Positions 34,835 through 43,705 of a DNA stretch of 43,869 bases are shown here, one piece after another (the first letter of the stretch is position 1; the number at the start of each line of letters is the position of its first letter). Source of the DNA: a virus; the UHGV virus genome UHGV-0210493, one strand, 5' to 3'. A program made the position numbers and the translations under genes. The notes beneath the pieces were generated by a model. The model searched no databases. It was not told the origin of the DNA and saw only the letters and a program-made list of their open reading frames with translations.

Positions 34835-35242
34835 CTAGTCGTAATAGCTCTCCAAAATCTTCCCAACCTCTTCCCCGTTAACAAAAACGGATAAAACACT
34901 GAAATAATAATCCCCATTTCCATTGTCTGCTCTCAGTTGTGCTTGGGCGATAGGATTTTGATCATGCATTACTACTAATTTTGCAACCATCTGGGTTTCG
35001 CCCCAGTCTTCCTCTTCTTTTTTCACGTCAACTAACTGCACATCAGTTATAAGGCCGTCAGCTTTAGCTGTTTCCCATGTGCCGTCAGCAGAAGCACAAC
35101 AATCTGAATCAGTACATTCAAAATTGATGGTTGTGCCATCTACTAAGACTAGACTATTGTTTGATAGTTCATTGATTCTTTTCATCAAAACTTTCTCTTT
35201 TAGTTTTTCAATTGTATCTTTGTGATATTCCATTGAAATCAT
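34835..35242 (-). CDS. hypothetical acidic protein
   Basis: ORF track. Confidence 0.45.
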   Translation of the reverse strand: MISMEYHKDTIEKLKEKVLMKRINELSNNSLVLVDGTTINFECTDSDCCASADGTWETAKADGLITDVQLVDVKKEEEDWGETQMVAKLVVMHDQNPIAQAQLRADNGNGDYYFSVLSVFVNGEEVGKILESYYD

Positions 35243-35256
35243 TCCTCTCTAGTTGG

Positions 35257-35478
35257 TTATTTTGGTGGATCACTTACTAACTCATAATCTTTTTTGCTGA
35301 AAAAGTAATAGTCTTGCACCTTGTACAATCCATTGTCTTGAAAAACTCCCGCCTTTTCAGGATCATCTGTCAGAACAGACCAAGAATCTGTCACATACCG
35401 CCATGGCTGCCATGGTTTAAGCAAAGGTTTCACTAATACTCTAACTTTTGGTGTGGCCATCACTGCGCTCCTTCCCAA
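35257..35478 (-). CDS. hypothetical protein
   Basis: ORF track. Confidence 0.4.
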   Translation of the reverse strand: MGRSAVMATPKVRVLVKPLLKPWQPWRYVTDSWSVLTDDPEKAGVFQDNGLYKVQDYYFFSKKDYELVSDPPK

Positions 35479-35711
35479 GTTTGTAATTTTGGTGAATTAC
35501 TGACTTCATTTTTAAGACCGTGCTTCATAAAAGCTAACCTTGTTTCTAATCGCTTAATGATGTAGTTATTGATACTAGTAAAGTTTTCATAGATGAATTC
35601 TTCTTCTTCGGAACCCTCTTCTACTTCACACTCACCTAAATAGTCTTCAGGATAAATATCCGATTTGCTCTTTTTCAACATTTCTTCGATAAGCTCGACA
35701 TCAATTTTCAT
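35460..35711 (-). CDS. hypothetical protein (start moved to MKIDVE with GGAGGAAAAATT RBS)
   Basis: Internal Met with strong RBS; removes an 88-nt overlap. Confidence 0.45.
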   Translation of the reverse strand: MKIDVELIEEMLKKSKSDIYPEDYLGECEVEEGSEEEEFIYENFTSINNYIIKRLETRLAFMKHGLKNEVSNSPKLQTWEGAQ

Positions 35712-35743
35712 AATTTTTCCTCCTAGTTTGTAATATCTTCCGA

Positions 35744-36058
35744 TTACTGACTCAATATCTCGACCGTTGCACCTGCGAAATTGCCTTTCTTCAAAGGTAT
35801 CTGCAATCTGCATGCTCGATCCAAAGTCCATTTGTTCAGCCCTGACATCTCTGCAGCTTCACGCTGTGTGCTGAATTCTTTGACTTCACCATCTGGAAAA
35901 GTAAATCTGACTGGCGTTGAGTTGTATCTATTCTGCTTTGGTCGATCGTAACTCTTTCCCCACAAAGCCTTTCTCAAAACTCTGATTTCGTCTTCGTCAG
36001 CACCTGGAGTATTAACTAACTTTTCCAACCGATATAAATCTTCTTTGTTAGCCATCAT
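35744..36058 (-). CDS. hypothetical protein with possible C-terminal HTH
   Basis: STQREAAEMSGLNKWTLDRA HTH-like segment. Confidence 0.4.
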   Translation of the reverse strand: MMANKEDLYRLEKLVNTPGADEDEIRVLRKALWGKSYDRPKQNRYNSTPVRFTFPDGEVKEFSTQREAAEMSGLNKWTLDRACRLQIPLKKGNFAGATVEILSQ

Positions 36059-36288
36059 TCCACCCTCTTCATATCTCGCAATCTAACAACTGTCCGATCA
36101 CTACCAAACGTCACAATAGCTGAGTTCTCAAGCACTTTGACACACACTGCTTTAAAAGGTTTTGTAAAACGTTCGGTCACGCACCAATATTCGATGCATG
36201 CTTTTACTCTCCGTTGCTTTCTGACTATACGTGGCGGTGGGCTATACTTACCGTCTTGCACTCTTGTTACTGTGTCTGCTAGTTTCAT
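36055..36288 (-). CDS. hypothetical protein
   Basis: ORF track. Confidence 0.4.
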   Translation of the reverse strand: MKLADTVTRVQDGKYSPPPRIVRKQRRVKACIEYWCVTERFTKPFKAVCVKVLENSAIVTFGSDRTVVRLRDMKRVE

Positions 36289-36896
36289 TTGTCTTCCTCC
36301 AATTCTAGCGACTCTTTTTTGGCTAATAATCTAAAATTAGAATAAAAATAGTCGAGGTCATTGTCAGGACCACCTTCATCATCCACTGAATAAAATTCGT
36401 CTTTTATCCCATTCACAAGAAGCACACCACTCTCACTAACTGATTCAACAATATAAATTTTCGCTTCGTGCTTGCCTTTTCTAATAACTAAATCGCCTTG
36501 AGATAAAGGGAAAACGGGAAGTTTCTCCACTTCATAGCCATCTTTCATACGGATAAGCGTTTCAATCGAATTATTATCCGAATGTGCAAACCAACCTATA
36601 AACTCATCAGAATAATGCTTATACCCAGCTTCTTTGATTGAGTGAGCAACAGCTTCATAAATCGCAAAAGTCAAATCATCATTATTTTTTTCAAACCAAT
36701 CAGCCGCAATTTGTGGCACTGTCACTTTTGGTTGTTCGTCAAATTCTTCAATCCAAGTTTCAACTTCTACATAGGCATTACGTCGACCTCGGTCGTAATC
36801 TGTATCTTTACTTCGGTACGATAATATTCGATTTAATTCTGATTGAGCGCTTGATCTTGCCGCTGCAACTTTTTCAGTCAATTCTCGTTTGTTCAT
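36285..36896 (-). CDS. hypothetical phage protein (start at MNKRELTEK)
   Basis: RBS GGAGCGGAGGAG before the internal ATG. Confidence 0.45.
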   Translation of the reverse strand: MNKRELTEKVAAARSSAQSELNRILSYRSKDTDYDRGRRNAYVEVETWIEEFDEQPKVTVPQIAADWFEKNNDDLTFAIYEAVAHSIKEAGYKHYSDEFIGWFAHSDNNSIETLIRMKDGYEVEKLPVFPLSQGDLVIRKGKHEAKIYIVESVSESGVLLVNGIKDEFYSVDDEGGPDNDLDYFYSNFRLLAKKESLELEEDK

Positions 36897-37034
36897 CTTT
36901 ACTCCTCCGCTCCATTTATTCACAAATCCATTTTTCACGAAAATCAAATCGCCTTTGCACGCTCCGAACGATTTTTAGTTGTGCTATTAACTCTTTATCT
37001 GATAGTTTGCGTATGCTTTCTTGTGTCGGTGTCA

Positions 37035-37376
37035 TTAAAAACCCCACCCTACTATTTTTTCTTCCACGATCATCAGTGCATCCATTGCACTTCTAGCAAT
37101 GCCGTGAACAATGCCGTCTTTTTGCAATACTTTATGAAAGGTAATTTGTTCTGGTCTTGCTTTGCCTTTTGCGTTCTTTACTTCGATATAGAAAACAGTT
37201 TGATCGTTCGGATTGTAGCCATAAATATCAAAATGTCCTTTTGGCAACAGCTTAATCACGCCACCAGAATCTGTTCTAACTTTGCCGGCATTCGTGCGAA
37301 AAGCTTTATAGCCTTTTTTCGACAATTCGATTAGTATTTCGTTTTGGATTGATTGTTCAGATTGCATTTTTATCAC
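37035..37376 (-). CDS. VRR-NUC domain nuclease
   Basis: ENxxL...G...R.N.G...D...IEVK...G.RPEQ pattern of VRR-NUC. Confidence 0.7.
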   Translation of the reverse strand: MIKMQSEQSIQNEILIELSKKGYKAFRTNAGKVRTDSGGVIKLLPKGHFDIYGYNPNDQTVFYIEVKNAKGKARPEQITFHKVLQKDGIVHGIARSAMDALMIVEEKIVGWGF

Positions 37377-37632
37377 CTGCCATTAATTGATTCCAATAAG
37401 CATCAATTTCTGTAGCGCGTTTAACTTTGTTTTTTGAACGTTTTTTTCTTACGCAACCACATGATGATGTATTGCCTGAAGTTAGATTTCCACCTAACAC
37501 TACCCTTTCATTTCCACATTCGCATTTACATAGCCATTTAGATTGTTTAGTTTTCTTATCAACACTATCCAATCTAATTACAGTAAGATGATCAAAAACT
37601 TCCCCAACTAGATCAATTCTTTTTCTGCTCAT
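37357..37632 (-). CDS. zinc-ribbon protein (CxC...CGC)
   Basis: WLCKCECGNE...SCGC cysteine cluster. Confidence 0.45.
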   Translation of the reverse strand: MSRKRIDLVGEVFDHLTVIRLDSVDKKTKQSKWLCKCECGNERVVLGGNLTSGNTSSCGCVRKKRSKNKVKRATEIDAYWNQLMAGDKNAI

Positions 37633-37950
37633 TTGGCACCTCCTAAAAGTGAATAGTCAGTCTAAACTATTCACCCACCTTCGTGCTTACTCCCCCAAGG
37701 GATATAGCGTTATAAGGTGAACAGTAGTGCATAGTTTGACCCAAATCCCTATTCTTTTCTTTATTTTTTATTTATTTAATTAACTACTTTTTTATTTACT
37801 CTTTTATATTAACTATTCACTACTATTCACTTTATATAAAAAAAGTAATATAAATATAGTAATAGCAAGGGTTTGAGGGAGTGAATAGTTGAGTTCTAAA
37901 CTATGCACTTACCCTTCACTACTATGCACTTTTCTGATAATTGGTATAGA
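37633..37950. other. putative origin of replication: 8 or more copies of the 9-mer GTGAATAGT / ACTATTCAC (variants GTGCATAGT, GTGAACAGT) flanking a >80% AT core
   Basis: Iterons at 37649-57, 37666-74, 37709-17, 37721-29, 37812-20, 37822-30, 37881-89, 37900-08, 37921-29; AT-rich 37750-37860; directly downstream of the primase gene. Confidence 0.55.
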
Positions 37951-40278
37951 CTAATTAAACAAATTTCGAATTCCAATATTTTCGTAAGGCTGACTTTCCT
38001 CAATTAAATCTATACCTTCGTACATAATTCCTTGGTTAGTTTTCTTTTTGTTAAATTTGTTACTCATTTCTTTACCGAATTTCGTACTATTCATTTCGTA
38101 CTGACCATTTTCATTGGCCCAAGTTTTGTACGCTTGATAAAAATCTTTAGCTTTTACTCGCTTATTTATCCCTCTCTCACAACAATCATTGATAAATGCT
38201 GCAGTTACGTCCATTTCTTCTCGATATTCTTTTGAAGCATCCTCAACGATTTTTGGTCGTTTCAAACCTTCTCTCTGCCACATCAGACAACCTTCTACTA
38301 TCCAATTCAAAATTCCGACTGATTCACGCTTAAGTTTGTATTTAAGGTTCTTGTCTTTCTTGTGATCAGGAATCTGTATGGTAAAAGGGATTAAATTCAT
38401 TCTTCGCCATATACCGTCATCCGTACCTCGTATGATCGGTTTGTGGTTAGTTGCTAACCAAAGCTTGAATTCTGGTGTAAATTCAAATTCTTTCCCGTAT
38501 AAAAAGCGAGCAGTTACTTTGTCTCCGCCAGTCAACTGCTTGACCAAACCCTCATCCATTCTCACACCTTCATTGGGTTCGGATGATGTTACTAATCGAG
38601 CGCCTTTCAAACGTGCAATATCTGTATTAGCTCCACCATTTGCTTTTCTAACCATAATCGTGTCTGCTTGCATGTTTGTCGCATAGCTGCCCATGATATA
38701 TGAGATAGTATCTAGAAACACAGATTTACCATTGCTACCAGCGCCGAACAGCACGAACATACTCTGCTCTCTTGTGGACCCAGTGAGTGAGTAGCCAACT
38801 GCCTTTTGAACATATCTAATCAACTCTTGGTCGTTATCAAATATTTGATTTAAAAATTCAGTCCATTGCGGCGCATCGATTTTATCTGTATATTCAATAT
38901 TTGCTATTCGTGTAAACTTTTTGTCTATGTTGTGTTCGTGCAATACTCCGCTAATCAAATCTAAATATCCATTTTGTGTATTTAGAAGTGTTGTGTCGCT
39001 ATCAAATTCATCTGGTAAAACCGATACACGGTGCATGATTTGTTCTCTCATAGCTTTCTTTGCAGAATTTCCACGGGAACGCTTGATGTGTTTCCTAAAG
39101 GCTTCTTCAATTTTTTCTGGATCTTCACAGTCGGCAGGGATATAAACTTTCTCATTTTTCATCATGTCAACTGTGGTATCAATCATTTTTGATATTTCAC
39201 CTGTATCATCAATCTTCCAACTCTTGCCATCGTAGAAATAAAACTCTTTATTAATGTATGAGTATCTGACTAAGGTTCCATACACATCCATAAATCTTTC
39301 TGCATTCCCGGTGTCATCATAGGAGTAGAATTTGTCTTCTTTCTTTTCTTCAAACTCTTTAATGAAAATTCTGAAACCATGCGACTGGCTAGGCGTATAG
39401 GTATTTTCACATTCATGGATTGCTTTGTTTAATAAGTTTCCGCCGTATGTTGAATTTGGTGGTCTACGTTCGTCATACTTTTGTCTAAATAAAGACGAAT
39501 CTCTGAAAATGCTGTCCATTTTTTCAAAGTCTCTACCGGTCCAGAATGCTAACATGTTTGCAAAAGCAATATCTGCTTCGGATTGAGAGTCGTAAAAAGC
39601 TTCCCAGCCGCCTTCCATAAAAACCTTGAATTTTGCGCCCTGTTTGCTTTCGTATGCTTTTTGGACTATTTCTGATTCTGATAGGTCTATTTTCGATTCT
39701 GAGACGTTTTGATTGTTAAATCGGACAATCTTATCATCTCCAATATATCGGTTGTATAGCAGTTTTAGAGTGGTTTCTGATGGTTCAATGACTTGGTTAT
39801 ATTTGCGATCGACAGTATTGCCTGTCATAACGAAAAATCTACCCGAATCATACATTTCAACATTGCCTTTTCTACGCCTGTGACCAGGCAGCTTTCCTTT
39901 ACAGATAATGTGGATACCATTGCCAGATTGAGAATATTCAGCATAAGATTTAATCGATGTTACAAACTCGTACATCATATTTGTTTCAATATCGCCTTGT
40001 AAATATCGTTGAATTTCACCTTCGATATTATCAATGTCAATTCCGAAGTAAGGTTTTTTGAAATAAAAACCTAATCCATTACAGTTATATTTTTCTATTG
40101 CAGAGAGTGCGGTCTGATAATCAGACCACGTACTCTCATCATTTGATTTACCATTGTTTCCAGTGTGTGGATCGACTGGTATTTTGGTGTGTTTTTTTCT
40201 TTCTTCGTTCCATACCAATCGATATACACACCACTGTTTTTGCTGCTTTAGTTCTTCTGGAATGTGTTCATATGCCAC
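37951..40278 (-). CDS. bifunctional primase-polymerase / D5-type NTPase (P4-alpha-like replication protein)
   Basis: N-terminal prim-pol domain; central D5_N/primase-C region; Walker A LFGAGSNGKS; GTG start with AAGGGAG RBS. Confidence 0.85.
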   Translation of the reverse strand: MAYEHIPEELKQQKQWCVYRLVWNEERKKHTKIPVDPHTGNNGKSNDESTWSDYQTALSAIEKYNCNGLGFYFKKPYFGIDIDNIEGEIQRYLQGDIETNMMYEFVTSIKSYAEYSQSGNGIHIICKGKLPGHRRRKGNVEMYDSGRFFVMTGNTVDRKYNQVIEPSETTLKLLYNRYIGDDKIVRFNNQNVSESKIDLSESEIVQKAYESKQGAKFKVFMEGGWEAFYDSQSEADIAFANMLAFWTGRDFEKMDSIFRDSSLFRQKYDERRPPNSTYGGNLLNKAIHECENTYTPSQSHGFRIFIKEFEEKKEDKFYSYDDTGNAERFMDVYGTLVRYSYINKEFYFYDGKSWKIDDTGEISKMIDTTVDMMKNEKVYIPADCEDPEKIEEAFRKHIKRSRGNSAKKAMREQIMHRVSVLPDEFDSDTTLLNTQNGYLDLISGVLHEHNIDKKFTRIANIEYTDKIDAPQWTEFLNQIFDNDQELIRYVQKAVGYSLTGSTREQSMFVLFGAGSNGKSVFLDTISYIMGSYATNMQADTIMVRKANGGANTDIARLKGARLVTSSEPNEGVRMDEGLVKQLTGGDKVTARFLYGKEFEFTPEFKLWLATNHKPIIRGTDDGIWRRMNLIPFTIQIPDHKKDKNLKYKLKRESVGILNWIVEGCLMWQREGLKRPKIVEDASKEYREEMDVTAAFINDCCERGINKRVKAKDFYQAYKTWANENGQYEMNSTKFGKEMSNKFNKKKTNQGIMYEGIDLIEESQPYENIGIRNLFN

Positions 40279-40298
40279 ACACTTTCAACTCCCTTTAA

Positions 40299-40808
40299 TT
40301 AGAATGGCAAATCATCATCATTGATCTCGATGCTGCTGCCTGAGAAATCATTTGGTTTACTGCTATCTTTGAATTGGTGTTGAATATTTGGGAAAGCCGA
40401 CTGTTCCCACCGTTTTACATTCAAGTTGTCATAGATTACGCCTTGTGCATTTGGCTCAGATTTTTCATTTTTAACCGTTACTTTCGCTGTCTTCAAAACG
40501 AAGTCTTGCATTAAATCATCAATGCTTGAATAGGATTTGTTTTCCTGTAGTTGGAATGCCCAACCGAGGGTGTTGAACATTTGGAAATTGTATTTGCCAG
40601 TATCTTTCTTCTTCCAAATCTTATGAAAAATGTGTTGGTTTTGATGTTTTTGTTGCACGTCGTTACGAATGATTAAGTCTAACTCCATATACTCAGAGCC
40701 GCCTTTAGTTGCGTCCTCTTTCACGATATTTACGATCACTTCATAAACTCCGTCTGTAATTCCGCCGCCTTCAAATTTGTCGTTAAAGTCTAAGTTAAAT
40801 CCTGTCAT
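40299..40808 (-). CDS. DUF669-like putative ssDNA-binding protein with SSB-type acidic tail (…INDDDLPF)
   Basis: C-terminal DDDLPF motif; position between Sak4-like ATPase/helicase and primase. Confidence 0.5.
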   Translation of the reverse strand: MTGFNLDFNDKFEGGGITDGVYEVIVNIVKEDATKGGSEYMELDLIIRNDVQQKHQNQHIFHKIWKKKDTGKYNFQMFNTLGWAFQLQENKSYSSIDDLMQDFVLKTAKVTVKNEKSEPNAQGVIYDNLNVKRWEQSAFPNIQHQFKDSSKPNDFSGSSIEINDDDLPF

Positions 40809-40831
40809 AGTTAATTACCTCTTTCTGTTTT

Positions 40832-42172
40832 TTATAGTAGGTTTAGTCTTTTGGCTTGAAAGAATGCCCAACCTTTTTTATAACCTCTAGCATCAGCCAT
40901 TTTGTATAAATCGCTGACACTCTCAGCTTCTTCTGGTTCCATTGCTGCATACTTTCCTGTATCTAGATTGATTTTTATTTCTTGTAGTTCCGCACTTTCG
41001 ATTGTTTCAAGGTTTGCAGAACGCTCTTCTTTCGGTATCTCATGCCCACAATAAGGACAAATATTTCCAACTTCACTTGCATAGGTGCCGAAGCAATTAG
41101 GGCATTCCTTGATAGGAATAACGTCCTCTTTCTTTCGGCTTTTTTTACTTGCCAAGCTCCATTGCCTTGGCATATCCGGCAAACCATGCTCGTTCACGTT
41201 CCCGACATGATCAATGATTGTAGATATTTTATTTGGCTTGTAGCGCATCCCTCTCATGGCTTGCTGGATGAATAGAGAGAGCGACTTGGTGGGCCTTAGC
41301 ATTATCACCGTTGAGCAATCTGGTACATCGAAGCCCTCTCCGATCAAATCAACATTTGTCAGAATTTGAATATCGTGATTACGAAACTTTTCAATAATCA
41401 AATCACGTTCCTGTTTATTCGTTTTCCCGTCAATATGTGCCGCTTGGTATCCAGCTTCAATAAATAAATCTCTTGTCTTTTCACTTGATTCAATACTGTG
41501 GCAATATACGATCGCTTGCTCACCTTCCGCTAGTTTCTTGTAGTGTTTGATAACGTCACCGTATATAGCTTTTTGTTCCAATGCTTTATCTATACTGCCT
41601 TTTGAGAATTCAGACATAGAATTCATTTTTAAAACTGAAGTATCGATCAACGCTGGTGCATAGTATTTAAATGGAGTTAGTCGTTTATTTTCAATCAACC
41701 ATTTAACTGATACTCCCTCTATCAACAAATCGTTGACATCTCCCAAACCGCTACCGTTTAATCTGACTGGTGTTGCGGTAAAGCCTATTCGTTGGACATC
41801 TGAATAATATTCATAGATTTTCTTATAACTACTTGCCAAGCTATGGTGATTTTCATCCGTTATGATCAGCTTAGGTTTCTTTATTTTTCCTAGCTTTCTC
41901 ACGATCGTTTGAACCATTCCGAAAACAACAAATCTCATATCCACGCCATGTGTTTCAAAAGTATTCCTTATTTGGTCAATTAGTTCTTTCCTATGAACCA
42001 AGAACAAAACGTGATTGCCTTTTAAAGTCGTCTTACGAGCGATCTCTGCAATCACTACACTTTTGCCCGAACCGCATGGCGAAACAATACAAGGAGCACG
42101 ATAGCCATTGATAAAAGACTCTCTAGCCCTCTTTATCAAATCTTCCTGATAGTCGTATAATTCAAAGGTCAA
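40832..42172 (-). CDS. SF2 DEAD/DEAH-box helicase with C-terminal zinc ribbon
   Basis: Walker A SPCGSGKS; DENHH (DExH); helicase C motifs; CPNC...CPYC. Confidence 0.8.
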   Translation of the reverse strand: MTFELYDYQEDLIKRARESFINGYRAPCIVSPCGSGKSVVIAEIARKTTLKGNHVLFLVHRKELIDQIRNTFETHGVDMRFVVFGMVQTIVRKLGKIKKPKLIITDENHHSLASSYKKIYEYYSDVQRIGFTATPVRLNGSGLGDVNDLLIEGVSVKWLIENKRLTPFKYYAPALIDTSVLKMNSMSEFSKGSIDKALEQKAIYGDVIKHYKKLAEGEQAIVYCHSIESSEKTRDLFIEAGYQAAHIDGKTNKQERDLIIEKFRNHDIQILTNVDLIGEGFDVPDCSTVIMLRPTKSLSLFIQQAMRGMRYKPNKISTIIDHVGNVNEHGLPDMPRQWSLASKKSRKKEDVIPIKECPNCFGTYASEVGNICPYCGHEIPKEERSANLETIESAELQEIKINLDTGKYAAMEPEEAESVSDLYKMADARGYKKGWAFFQAKRLNLL

Positions 42173-42849
42173 TCATCATCACTTCCGATTTTGAAGATAT
42201 TTTCCTGAAGGCAACCTTCTCTGTGGTCCAATTGATTTTTTGCGAATGTTCCATTTGATTTTTGAAGAATGAATCCACGTTGCTTGGTTTCAGGATTTCG
42301 AACCAGCCTAGCCACCAATGGAATGATTCCCATAATATGATTGACTACTTTCTCTCTGATGTCTGGCAAGAATTGATTGTATAGTTGCCCGCTTTCTAAT
42401 TGGATTTGTCTGGTCGTTTCCCAAGCCGTATAAACTACATTCGTATTTAATGCATTGAATGTGGATATCAGTTCAATCAAGTGTGTATCAAACACCCCAT
42501 AATGCTGAAGCTCTGGTTGACCTGATTTTGTGTGTTTGCCTTTTTCCATAAACCAGAGTTTTTGATAGTGGCTTAGATTATCCAAAACAATATTGTCATA
42601 GTCATCAATGTGAGCTTTCGCATATCCGTAAAACTCGATCATTTCTTTTGCTACATTTGTTGGATCAATTTCCACAACATTGATATTCTCAATACCAGCT
42701 AACACTCTTGATGTACCATCAATATCTAAAACGAGCGTTTTACCTTCTAAATATTTAAGTGTTGTTGTTTTTCCTGCTCCCGGCTCTGCGTAAATCATTA
42801 TTTTGAAACGATCACTTTTCTTCATTTCACTTGCTTTTTGGATTTTCAT
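42169..42849 (-). CDS. AAA_24 family ATPase (Sak4-like single-strand annealing / recombination ATPase)
   Basis: KIMIYAEPGAGKTT Walker A near the N-terminus; 226 aa size typical of Sak4. Confidence 0.7.
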   Translation of the reverse strand: MKIQKASEMKKSDRFKIMIYAEPGAGKTTTLKYLEGKTLVLDIDGTSRVLAGIENINVVEIDPTNVAKEMIEFYGYAKAHIDDYDNIVLDNLSHYQKLWFMEKGKHTKSGQPELQHYGVFDTHLIELISTFNALNTNVVYTAWETTRQIQLESGQLYNQFLPDIREKVVNHIMGIIPLVARLVRNPETKQRGFILQKSNGTFAKNQLDHREGCLQENIFKIGSDDD

Positions 42850-43319
42850 CAGCGTATCCTCAAACTTTCCGATTGCTTGATTTCGACACCAGGAACATCT
42901 TCTTCTGCTTTCTTGATTGCTGTTTTATCAAAATCGATAGTTATTTTTTTGAATTTATCTGGTATCAATGTTTCGTCAATAATCTCGACGCTAGGTTGGT
43001 TTTTTTGAATGTTGAAACTAAATAAATCTGTTTTAAATTTCGTTTTGCCAATTTCTACCATTGCATTTTGTAAGCTTAATTTCATTCGCTTGACGTTATT
43101 GTCGACTGCTTGTTTACGCTCTTTCATTCGCTTGATTTCTTCATCAAATGCTTTGCTTGAAGCTTCTTGATTGCGGATCAACTTAGCATAACCGTCTGCT
43201 TTTTCTTCAATAGCTAGGTCAATTGATTCTAACGTGTCAATAATCGCTGTATTTTCAGAATCATATTCCAACATATCTGCGACCTGGTTAAATGCACCAG
43301 TTAATTCATATAGTTTCAC
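42849..43319 (-). CDS. Sipho_Gp157-family protein
   Basis: MKLYELTGAF... start and size typical of Gp157 proteins found next to Sak4. Confidence 0.55.
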   Translation of the reverse strand: MKLYELTGAFNQVADMLEYDSENTAIIDTLESIDLAIEEKADGYAKLIRNQEASSKAFDEEIKRMKERKQAVDNNVKRMKLSLQNAMVEIGKTKFKTDLFSFNIQKNQPSVEIIDETLIPDKFKKITIDFDKTAIKKAEEDVPGVEIKQSESLRIR

Positions 43320-43556
43320 TCAAAGGACCTCCTTCAATTTCTCAATTACTTGCTCTAACCCTTGAATCAGTTCTTCTCGACCAAATTCAGCTGATTCTTC
43401 GATAGTTTCAAATTGCGTGCGGACATCCTCGTCGTCGCTGTCCTGATAAACACCTACTCGATCGTTCTTCTTATCAATATCGAAGACGATTGATCCATAA
43501 GGTTTGTATGCGTCAATTAGATGAATACGCCCGATTGTGTCAATAGCTATTCTCAT
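43320..43556 (-). CDS. hypothetical protein
   Basis: ORF track. Confidence 0.45.
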   Translation of the reverse strand: MRIAIDTIGRIHLIDAYKPYGSIVFDIDKKNDRVGVYQDSDDEDVRTQFETIEESAEFGREELIQGLEQVIEKLKEVL

Positions 43557-43591
43557 GGTATAATCTCCTTAGATGAATTTTTGTTAAGACT

Positions 43592-43705
43592 CTATGCTTG
43601 CCGGCCGGAGTCTTTTTTTGCGTCCATTTTTGCTTGTGCTTCATAGTAAATTTCTTTCCAGTCAAGTGTGCGATAGTATAGATCAAGTACTTCTGCTCTG
43701 GTCAT
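43592..43705 (-). CDS. small hypothetical protein (37 aa)
   Basis: ATG overlaps the upstream stop (ATGA coupling). Confidence 0.3.
   Translation of the reverse strand: MTRAEVLDLYYRTLDWKEIYYEAQAKMDAKKDSGRQA

Noticed and set aside
37633-37950. Possible CRISPR array because of short repeated motifs
   Set aside because: Repeats are 9-mers in mixed orientation with irregular spacing and an AT-rich core; no regular repeat-spacer periodicity and no cas genes. Consistent with origin iterons instead.
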